Assembly: GCA_045592945.1 (NCBI GenBank)
Contig: JAZNVT010000025.1
Coordinates: 45,655-109,654 of the forward strand
Source of the DNA: Acutalibacteraceae bacterium
Lineage (GTDB): Bacteria; Bacillota; Clostridia; Oscillospirales; Acutalibacteraceae
Length of the DNA stretch: 64,000 nt
Reading direction: 5' to 3'
The translations under genes were made by a program, and so were the position numbers. Below are positions 18,971-26,110 of this stretch, piece by piece. The notes beneath the pieces were generated by a model. The model made no database searches. It was not told the DNA's origin and saw only the letters and a program-made list of their open reading frames with translations. Positions within the stretch are counted from its first letter, which is position 1, and every line of letters starts with the position of its first letter.

Positions 18971-19002
18971 AAAAAGACGATTGCTTTCGCAATCGTCTTT
19001 TT
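18971..19002. terminator. Hairpin terminator abutting the tRNA-Tyr 3' fragment
   Basis: AAAGACGATTGC-tttc-GCAATCGTCTTT with flanking A and T runs. Confidence 0.6.
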
Positions 19003-19004
19003 CT

Positions 19005-19024
19005 TGGTGGGAGCGGGTGGATTC
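19005..19024 (-). repeat. 20-nt copy of the tRNA-Tyr 3' end (att-like direct repeat DR1)
   Basis: TGGTGGGAGCGGGTGGATTC is identical to 24160-24179, the 3' end of the intact tRNA-Tyr. Confidence 0.85.
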
Positions 19025-19115
19025 ACGCTCCGCGTGAAGTTCGTTCGCTACGCGAACCGTCGCATTTTATGTCCCTCGCGTCTTCGCCAAGGCGAACCGA
19101 CGCGAGATGGACAAC

Positions 19116-19136
19116 GTGGTTCGAATCTACCTTGAC
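19116..19136 (+). repeat. tRNA T-arm-like direct repeat DR2a
   Basis: GTGGTTCGAATCTACCTTGAC versus GTGGTTCGAATCCATCTTGAC at 23981-24001 (2 mismatches). Confidence 0.6.
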
Positions 19137-19191
19137 TTTTTCAAACAAAAGAAAAACAGACATCCTTTTGGATGTCTGCTTTTCTTGGCTG

Positions 19192-19386
19192 TTACGAACA
19201 ATTTAGATGCCATCCAATTTCGTCTTTTAAACGGTCGATTTTGTTTGAGCATCTCCAATTACACTCCCGAACAATCTGCATAAATTCAAGTTCGCCTGTT
19301 TCTTTTAAATGTTCTTGCAGATAGAACAGCCGTAACCACAAAACATTCATAAACATTAGCTCTTGTTCTTTGCTTTCAAAAATCAT
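19192..19386 (-). CDS. Small hypothetical protein divergent from the RM controller gene
   Basis: 64 aa counted from MIFESKEQ. The 3' end is homologous at DNA level to 17110-17160. Confidence 0.3.
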   Translation of the reverse strand: MIFESKEQELMFMNVLWLRLFYLQEHLKETGELEFMQIVRECNWRCSNKIDRLKDEIGWHLNCS

Positions 19387-19485
19387 AATTGTTGCCAGCT
19401 TTCGTTTTTGGTAACAACAATTATGCACACTAATTGATACAAGTCCAGAGATTTATAAAAACTAAAATACGTTCAACTGTTTTAC

Positions 19486-19536
19486 TTGACTTTTGGGTTG
19501 TTTAGTTTTATAATAAATAAATAAATTTGTTTATTT
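19486..19536 (+). promoter_or_regulatory. Near-consensus promoter plus inverted repeat (possible C-box operator) upstream of the controller gene
   Basis: TTGACT (19486-19491), 17-nt spacer, TATAAT (19509-19514). This is followed directly by AAATAAATAAA / TTTGTTTATTT, an inverted repeat with one mismatch (19515-19536). Confidence 0.55.
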
Positions 19537-19553
19537 GAAAGGAGGGGGCCTTT

Positions 19554-19931
19554 TTGATTGAACCTACAGAATTCGGAAAGCTTTTGAAGGAGAAACGAAA
19601 AGCAGCAGGACTTACACAAGATGATGTTGCTGTAGCCATTAACAAAACTGCTCAATATATAAGCAACATAGAAAAAGGAAAGAATAACGCTCCCCCTAAC
19701 GCTACTGACATAGAGGCATTAATTCACATATTACATTTGGATGATTCCGAAAGTAAAGATTTTCGTCGTTTTGCTGCTGCCGATAGAAATCAGCTATCCA
19801 GCGAGCAAATGGCATATTTATTAAAACACAAAACACTTTTAGCGCTAATTGATTTTGGTGTTGAAAACAAGATCAAAGATTCTCGTTGGAAGGATATCTT
19901 TTCTATTATTTCGAATAGCGATAATCTTTGA
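19554..19931 (+). CDS. XRE-family HTH protein, probable RM controller (C) protein
   Basis: HTH GLTQDDVAVAINKTAQYISNIEKG. TTG start after GGAGGGGG. Sits directly upstream of two methyltransferase genes. Confidence 0.7.
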   Translation: MIEPTEFGKLLKEKRKAAGLTQDDVAVAINKTAQYISNIEKGKNNAPPNATDIEALIHILHLDDSESKDFRRFAAADRNQLSSEQMAYLLKHKTLLALIDFGVENKIKDSRWKDIFSIISNSDNL

Positions 19932-19946
19932 TCGGTGGTGATAACA

Positions 19947-21803
19947 ATGAAAATTCAAAAAAATATAACTAGTACTAACACAAAAATAACTGCGTTAGCT
20001 GACACTATACAAAAAGCAAGAGAAATTCTATCTTTAGATAATAAAAATATACATCTTAAGCCAGACGATACTAGAAAAATCATTCTTGTTTGTCTAATTT
20101 TTTTTCGCACAAAAAGCAACGTATACTCTTACGAAACTATTACTTTGAAGAATGTTCTTGATTCTCTTAATATGTCTACATTCGATGTGTTTGATTTGTG
20201 CACTGATGATACTATTAAATCCGTGGAATTATCTGGTACTATATCGGAATTATCTCATATGGTTCAGTATCCCGATTGGCTTGATTTGATTGACTATGCT
20301 CTTGAAGTTTTAGAATATGAAGTGGAAGAGTACTTTAGTATTGAAATATTTCATGGAACAAGAAATTATAATAAAAAAAAGAAAAAAAACGGGATTTACT
20401 ACACACCAATTGATGTTGTTAATTTTATGGTTTCCAAATGTATCAAACCTGTTTTATATCGTACTACCCAACCCTCTATTTTAGATTGTAGCTGTGGCTC
20501 AGGTGTTTTCTTAATTCAAAGTTTGCTTTATTTAGAAAACACTTATAACGCTGAGCACGATCTAAACACGTCTATAAATCTACTTGACAAATGTATATGG
20601 GGAATTGATATTAGCCCTGTTGCAGTTGATAATTGCAAAGCAGTATTATTACAATATTTTCTAGATAATTATAAAAATGCATCAGGTCAGTTGAACAAAA
20701 TTTGGCGTACAATAAATAAATCTATCGTTATAGGCGATGCAACAGATTTAAATGAACTTTTAACGAAAAACATATCACTGCCAACACAATTTGATTGTAT
20801 AGTTGGGAACCCACCATATGTCACTGAAGGAAGAGACTCAAATTTGTTTATCCCTTTCGTTGATAATATGATAAACCATTCATCAGACTATAGTTGTTCT
20901 GCTTTGATTCTGCCACTGTCCATCTGCTACTCTCAAGGAACGGAATTTGTACGGTTGCGAAACAAGATTCAAAACGATAACTCAACATGGACTTTTATAA
21001 ATTATGATAGGAGTCCAGACTCTTTATTTGGAGATCAGGTCAAAACTCGCAACACCATTCTATTTAAAAACAATACCGAAACCACAACAGATATTTTTAC
21101 CTCTAATTTGCAGAGATGGACATCCGTAAATCGCGACAGTTTATTCACAAACTATGACCTTTGCAATATTTCAGAGATATCTATTTCAAAGTGTGTACCA
21201 AAAATCTCCCATACTATTGAAAAAAATGTATATGAACGTATTAGATCTGGAACTTCAAATTTAAGATATCTTTTTCAAGACAGTTATAGCAAATATCCAC
21301 TAATTATAAATGGTACGGCATACAATTGGCTTTGTGCCTACGACCATATCCCTCCCTCAACTGACGAAAACCAAAGTCCATATTTATCAGGTACCACAAA
21401 AGTACATTATTTGGCAGATAGGGAAAGCCGCGATTTTTGTATAGCTATGCTAAGTAATCGAATTGCTTACTGGTTTTGGAGTGTTATAGGTGATGGTTTT
21501 CACTTTAATGCCTCGTTTTTATCAGATTTTAAAATTGGCAAGGATACTTTTACAAAAAAACAATACTCCGAATTATGTCGGTTAGGTAGACTATATTCGA
21601 AACAAATAAAAAAACACCCGACGGTTTCCTACAACGCAGGAAAGAAAATCGTCAATTATTCTCATTGGGAAGCAATGGATACAATACAAAACATCGAAAG
21701 AATTATTATTGAAGCCATTAATCTTACAGATGATTTTGCTTCCTACTTAGATCAATGGTATTTTAAACAGGTTCATTGTAACCGAGACAACGAAAAGAGG
21801 TAA
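19947..21803 (+). CDS. N6-adenine DNA methyltransferase, Eco57I/TaqI-like gamma class
   Basis: GIYYTP, motif I ILDCSCGSGVFL and motif IV VGNPPYV, plus a long C-terminal target-recognition region. Confidence 0.85.
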   Translation: MKIQKNITSTNTKITALADTIQKAREILSLDNKNIHLKPDDTRKIILVCLIFFRTKSNVYSYETITLKNVLDSLNMSTFDVFDLCTDDTIKSVELSGTISELSHMVQYPDWLDLIDYALEVLEYEVEEYFSIEIFHGTRNYNKKKKKNGIYYTPIDVVNFMVSKCIKPVLYRTTQPSILDCSCGSGVFLIQSLLYLENTYNAEHDLNTSINLLDKCIWGIDISPVAVDNCKAVLLQYFLDNYKNASGQLNKIWRTINKSIVIGDATDLNELLTKNISLPTQFDCIVGNPPYVTEGRDSNLFIPFVDNMINHSSDYSCSALILPLSICYSQGTEFVRLRNKIQNDNSTWTFINYDRSPDSLFGDQVKTRNTILFKNNTETTTDIFTSNLQRWTSVNRDSLFTNYDLCNISEISISKCVPKISHTIEKNVYERIRSGTSNLRYLFQDSYSKYPLIINGTAYNWLCAYDHIPPSTDENQSPYLSGTTKVHYLADRESRDFCIAMLSNRIAYWFWSVIGDGFHFNASFLSDFKIGKDTFTKKQYSELCRLGRLYSKQIKKHPTVSYNAGKKIVNYSHWEAMDTIQNIERIIIEAINLTDDFASYLDQWYFKQVHCNRDNEKR

Positions 21804-21809
21804 ATAATA

Positions 21810-22679
21810 ATGTCGAACATCATTTCGCCTGAAATAAAAGAAGCATCAAAACTTACAAGCGAAGAATGGAAGGAATGGACAAAAACAGTTTGGAGCATAG
21901 CCAATATCAGTGATGGTATTCACCCTGCTGTTTATCCTCCCGAAATTCCTTATCGCTTGATAAGAATGTTTTCCTTTGTTGGAGAAACCGTACTCGACCC
22001 TTTTTCAGGTATGGCAACTACAGGAAGAGTGGCTCTCCAAAATAATCGATCGTATATAGGATTTGAAACAAATCCTGTATACCACAGCGAATCCTTGAAT
22101 CGATTAGGAGAATCTATTTTAACCGAAAATAGTTATAATTGTCGTTACGAAGTATCAAATTCAAGTTCGTGTAATATGACTAATGTGGAGAATGATAGCA
22201 TAGGAATTGTAGTTACGTCTCCTCCATATTGGAACAAGGCAGATTATGGTGAATACGATGGAAATATCGGTGGTTTTGAATACTATGATGATTTTTTAGT
22301 TGAACTCAAAAAGGTTTTTGATGAATGTTATCGCGTATTAAAGCCCGGAAGAAAAATGTGTGTTGTTACTGCAAACGTTAATCAAAACACAAAAGAACAC
22401 GGTCTTCTCACAATCCCGTTAGCTACCGATATGACCAAAGTTCTTCAGTCCTGCGGATTCGCTCTTATTAATCAAATTATTTGGAACAAAGATGGTACTG
22501 GAGGAAGATGGGGATCTGCGAATTCTCAGAGGCCTATTTTTGGTAGTTATCCCTATCCACCTAATTTCCTTTTTAAGAATGTCAATGAGTATATTATCAT
22601 CGTTCAGAAACCCGATCCAAAAAAGAAGAATTCGAAAGCTCCTTCTTACAACGAATTGTTCAGAAATGAACCTATATAA
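21810..22679 (+). CDS. N4/N6 DNA methyltransferase with apparently swapped motif order
   Basis: LDPFSGMATTGRVA..IGFE (AdoMet motif, aa 62-86) precedes VVTSPPYW (catalytic motif, aa 134-141), followed by RVLKPGRK and IIWNK. Confidence 0.8.
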   Translation: MSNIISPEIKEASKLTSEEWKEWTKTVWSIANISDGIHPAVYPPEIPYRLIRMFSFVGETVLDPFSGMATTGRVALQNNRSYIGFETNPVYHSESLNRLGESILTENSYNCRYEVSNSSSCNMTNVENDSIGIVVTSPPYWNKADYGEYDGNIGGFEYYDDFLVELKKVFDECYRVLKPGRKMCVVTANVNQNTKEHGLLTIPLATDMTKVLQSCGFALINQIIWNKDGTGGRWGSANSQRPIFGSYPYPPNFLFKNVNEYIIIVQKPDPKKKNSKAPSYNELFRNEPI

Positions 22680-22725
22680 CAAAAATGGCGCTGCCGGCTT
22701 TAACCGACAGCGCCATATAACTTTT

Positions 22726-23916
22726 TTACACAATTGGGCAGTTGTCCCACAAAGAGAACATCGTACTTTCATCTATAACTTCATACGGAAGCGATCTACC
22801 AGTAGGGAGTGACTTCAACCGAGCATTGATGGCGTCGTATCCTTCATTGCCCGTCAACAATATCATGTAGACGAACAGATTAGCATTTACCCTCTTAAGA
22901 ATCAAAACCGGTCTTGTTTCTGGGTTTGCTGGATAATTTGTATCAAGCATGGATGCTCCTGCCAATTCAATTTTTACATTGCGATTTCGCTGGCTGAAAA
23001 CAACTTGCCGATGTTCGATTTCACCAATCGTTCCCGACGCAAGCATTTCCTGTACAAGGATGCCATCTCCAGGTTTGAGACAAAAATACTTTTCAAGAAG
23101 ATCTACAGTGAAATGCACCTGCTTCGATCGATCACCTGCTCGCGGTACCAATCTGATAAGGTAAGTATTATCTTCCTTGCTCACCCTAGCCGATTCCACC
23201 TGAACAGGCTTTTTCGACGTGGGAGTTTTCGTAGTGTCTGCCTTTGCGGTTTTTCCTTTGCGGAACCGTTCAGGAAGCACCGGAGCCGGAAACAACTCAT
23301 TTCCGAATAGTTTGTTTTTTCTGGCAGTAGCTCGTGCCTGTTTTGCACTTTCTGCTAGTGCTTTTCTCTGCTGAATTTCCTTAATAACATATCCTCCCGA
23401 TATTAATTCCTCAAGAAAAGTCTCATCCAGTTTGCGGCTGCACACAGAATCAGCATCCGTATATGTGGAATAGATTCCAGCGAGCACCTCATTTTCTTTG
23501 TAAGCTTCCTCACCAGAAAGCGAGGTTGAAGTGCTTAATTCGTAATTACTGAAAAGTCCGCCAGCTGTTAGATTGTTCGACCCAATAGCATACCAGCAAG
23601 TGTTTTCTCCGGATAACCAATAACATTTTATGTGGAATGTCTGAGAAACACTTTCTGAGTGGAAAATATAAACATCATCTGTAAGTTTCAACAACTGGCG
23701 AAGTGCATCATAAGTAGTGTTTTGTTGATCAATACCTACAACACAACGGATGGAACCCCCATTATCGCGAAATCTTTCGAGATAAGGAAAAACCCTATAC
23801 ACACCACTTAACTTTGCATAGGCAACCATTATTGTAAGTTGATTAAATTGATTGCTCTCAATAGCTTGTATCAATTGAATTCCTAATTGTTCGTCATGGG
23901 GTTGGTTAACTATCAT
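22726..23916 (-). CDS. PLD-superfamily (HKD) nuclease, probable restriction endonuclease of BfiI/NgoAVII type
   Basis: Single HKD motif FHIKCYW..IGSNNLT. About 200 aa of C-terminal domain. AAGGAG RBS 7 nt before the ATG at 23916. Convergent with the MTase genes. Confidence 0.7.
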   Translation of the reverse strand: MIVNQPHDEQLGIQLIQAIESNQFNQLTIMVAYAKLSGVYRVFPYLERFRDNGGSIRCVVGIDQQNTTYDALRQLLKLTDDVYIFHSESVSQTFHIKCYWLSGENTCWYAIGSNNLTAGGLFSNYELSTSTSLSGEEAYKENEVLAGIYSTYTDADSVCSRKLDETFLEELISGGYVIKEIQQRKALAESAKQARATARKNKLFGNELFPAPVLPERFRKGKTAKADTTKTPTSKKPVQVESARVSKEDNTYLIRLVPRAGDRSKQVHFTVDLLEKYFCLKPGDGILVQEMLASGTIGEIEHRQVVFSQRNRNVKIELAGASMLDTNYPANPETRPVLILKRVNANLFVYMILLTGNEGYDAINARLKSLPTGRSLPYEVIDESTMFSLWDNCPIV

Positions 23917-23980
23917 AATATCACTCCTTTGCAAAATTATACAATAAAACGGCAAATTAAACAAGAGAGCATAAATTTCG

Positions 23981-24001
23981 GTGGTTCGAATCCATCTTGA
24001 C
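23981..24001 (+). repeat. tRNA T-arm-like direct repeat DR2b
   Basis: GGTGG-TTCGAAT-CCATC T-arm followed by TTGACGG. No 5' tRNA half lies upstream. Confidence 0.6.
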
Positions 24002-24019
24002 GGAGATTTTAGTGATATT

Positions 24020-24162
24020 CCGCCGTTGGCGGAGTGGACTTCTTCACTATTCACTATTACTTATTACTTCCCAAAAATCCGAGTATTCAAAGAACAAGTG
24101 AAGAGTGAAGAGGTAATAGTGAAAAAGTAAAAATCCCCGTACTATCGTACGAGGATTTTTGG
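24020..24162. repeat. Tail-type module of the modular repeat family (copy S2), includes the tRNA operon terminator hairpin
   Basis: CCGCC-gtt-GGCGG hairpin, the CTTCTTCACTATTCACTATTAC tract and its inverse, and the AAAAATCCCCGTAC..GTACGAGGATTTTT hairpin. Direct repeat of 16965-17111. Confidence 0.8.
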
Positions 24163-24244
24163 TGGGAGCGGGTGGATTCGAACCACCGAAGGCGGTGCCA
24201 ACAGATTTACAGTCTGCCCCCTTTGGCCACTCGGGAACACTCCC
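24160..24244 (-). tRNA. tRNA-Tyr (anticodon GTA), class II with long variable arm, encoded CCA
   Basis: The reverse complement GGGAGTGTTCCCGAGTGG..GACTGTAAATC..GGTGGTTCGAATCCACCCGCTCCCACCA folds as a cloverleaf. Confidence 0.9.
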
Positions 24245-24263
24245 ATGTTCACTATTAAAAAAA

Positions 24264-24339
24264 TGGAGCTGGTGGACGGACTCGAACCCCCGACCTGCTG
24301 ATTACAAATCAGCTGCTCTACCAACTGAGCTACACCAGC
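24264..24339 (-). tRNA. tRNA-Thr (anticodon TGT), encoded CCA
   Basis: Reverse complement GCTGGTGTAGCTCAGTTGGTAGAGCAGCTGATTTGTAATCAGCAGGTCGGGGGTTCGAGTCCGTCCACCAGCTCCA. One G-G mismatch in the T stem. Confidence 0.85.
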
Positions 24340-24581
24340 AACTTAATGCTTGACTACTATAACACAAAAGATTTTGTATGTCAAGAGAAAATTTTATATT
24401 TTTTATCTTTTTTTCAAATCTTTTTTTCTGGCGATTTACAAGTGGAAGATTTCGCCTTAAAGTCCATATTAAATCCTGCTATTTTATTCAGTTGAGTGGC
24501 AGTTATACGGCATTTTCATTGAATTTAAGCGAGTGTTGTGGTATACTTTCTGTGTTAAATATTAAAAGCAGAGGTAATAAA

Positions 24582-26018
24582 ATGGATTGTATTAATGCTT
24601 TGAAACCCGAAAGAGTTTTTTATTATTTTAAAGAGATGAGCCGTATTCCCAGAGGCTCGGGTGATATGGTTAAAATTGCAGATTTTTGCGAGACCTTCGC
24701 GAAGAAAAAAGGTCTTTCCTACGTGCGAGATAGCGCTGATAACGTTGTGATATATAAGCCTGCGTCAGCCGGCTATGAAAATTCAGATACAGTTATTCTT
24801 CAAGGTCATCTCGATATGGTTTGTCAGAAAACAGAAGAGTCAAATAAGGATTTTTCAAGAGATGGTATTGATTTAATTGTTGACGGTGGTTTTCTTAAGG
24901 CTGACGGCACAACCTTAGGCGGTGATAACGGTATCGCGGTTGCAATGGTTATGGCAATTCTTGAGGATGATACGCTTTCACACCCTGCTATTGAGGCGGT
25001 TTTCACAACTGATGAAGAAATCGGTATGATTGGTGCGTTACAGCTTGATATGAGCCTTCTTAAAGGCAAAAAAATGATAAACCTTGACTCTGAAGAGGAT
25101 GATACTGCAACGGTTTCCTGTGCGGGCGGTAGTGATTTTAACGTTTCAATCCCCGTTAAAAAGGTTGAAATGACCGGAAAAAAGGTTACCGTTACCTTCA
25201 AAGGTCTTTTAGGCGGTCATTCAGGCGTCGAAATTCACAAGGGCAGAGCAAATGCCGATATTCTTGCGGGTAGATTTTTAAATGCTCTTAAAGCTCTTGA
25301 ATTCGGAATAATTTCAATAAACGGTGGCGATAAAAGTAACGCAATACCTAATTTCTGCCGTATAGAGCTTTGTGTTAAAGAGCCGGAAAATTTTGAAAAA
25401 CCTGCTTACGAAGCTTTAAGAGAAATTGAAAAAGAGATTTCTGACAGAGAAAAACTAATAGGCAAAATTATTTTTCAAAATGATGGTGAATTCGAAGTTT
25501 TTGATAATGAAACAGCAAGAAATCTCATTTTTTCTCTCGTTTGTATTCCCGATGGAGTTATGGCTATGAGTGCTGATATTCCAGAGCTTGTTGAAACCTC
25601 GCTTAACTTAGGTGTATTAAAAACAGAGGAGGATAAAATCATTCTTCACTCTGCCTTAAGAAGCAATAAAATGTCTTCGCTTTATTACCTTGAAGAAAGA
25701 TTGAAGGTCTTTTTCACTGCTTTTGATTGTGAAATAAAAACCTATGGTCATTATCCTGCTTGGGAATATAACAGTAATTCAAGCTTGCAGGAGTTATACA
25801 CCGAAACCTATAAGGCAATGTTTAAAAAAGAGCCTAAGGTAGCGGCAATTCATGCAGGTCTTGAATGTGGCGTTTTTGCAGGTGAAATTAAGGCTTTCGA
25901 CTGTATTGCTATTGGTCCTAATCTTTTTGACGTCCATACGGTAAATGAAAGACTCGATATCAAATCAACGGAAAACGTTTATAATTTATTAATCGAGATG
26001 CTTAGAAAAATGCTTTAA
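24582..26018 (+). CDS. pepD: Aminoacyl-histidine (Xaa-His) dipeptidase PepD, M20 family
   Basis: Start MDCINALKPERVFYYFKEMSRIPRGSG. Blocks HLDMV, GGDNGIAVA and TTDEEIGM. The upstream extension in the ORF track is non-coding-like. Confidence 0.85.
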   Translation: MDCINALKPERVFYYFKEMSRIPRGSGDMVKIADFCETFAKKKGLSYVRDSADNVVIYKPASAGYENSDTVILQGHLDMVCQKTEESNKDFSRDGIDLIVDGGFLKADGTTLGGDNGIAVAMVMAILEDDTLSHPAIEAVFTTDEEIGMIGALQLDMSLLKGKKMINLDSEEDDTATVSCAGGSDFNVSIPVKKVEMTGKKVTVTFKGLLGGHSGVEIHKGRANADILAGRFLNALKALEFGIISINGGDKSNAIPNFCRIELCVKEPENFEKPAYEALREIEKEISDREKLIGKIIFQNDGEFEVFDNETARNLIFSLVCIPDGVMAMSADIPELVETSLNLGVLKTEEDKIILHSALRSNKMSSLYYLEERLKVFFTAFDCEIKTYGHYPAWEYNSNSSLQELYTETYKAMFKKEPKVAAIHAGLECGVFAGEIKAFDCIAIGPNLFDVHTVNERLDIKSTENVYNLLIEMLRKML

Positions 26019-26110
26019 TATACAATTGTATTGTATTTATTGCAATATTGTGCTATAATAACTTGATAAATTTTATCGTTAGTGCTGTGCGCTGACGGAT
26101 TGGAGAAAAC

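Noticed and set aside
19005-19136. A complete extra tRNA or tmRNA gene at the tRNA-Tyr fragment.
   Set aside because: Only the last 20 nt match tRNA-Tyr. There is no D arm, anticodon arm or 5' acceptor strand in the right place, so it is a fragment or minihelix, not a gene.
13811-24162. A prophage or integrative conjugative element covering the accessory segment.
   Set aside because: There are no integrase, terminase, capsid, relaxase or type IV secretion genes. Only defence and RNA-repair type cargo plus repeat scars are present.
24142-24353. ORFs 24142-24324 (-) and 24159-24353 (+).
   Set aside because: They run straight through the tRNA-Tyr and tRNA-Thr genes and are artefacts of the six-frame scan.
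24378-24581. Long N-terminal extensions suggested by the ORF track for pepD, and similarly for rtcB (14999-15148), rsmA (36524-36667), the PLD nuclease (23917-24054), the decarboxylase beta subunit (47251-47370) and the ABC exporter (58048-58149).
   Set aside because: The extensions translate to implausible hydrophobic or low-complexity peptides. Each internal ATG has a good Shine-Dalgarno sequence and matches the conserved family N terminus.
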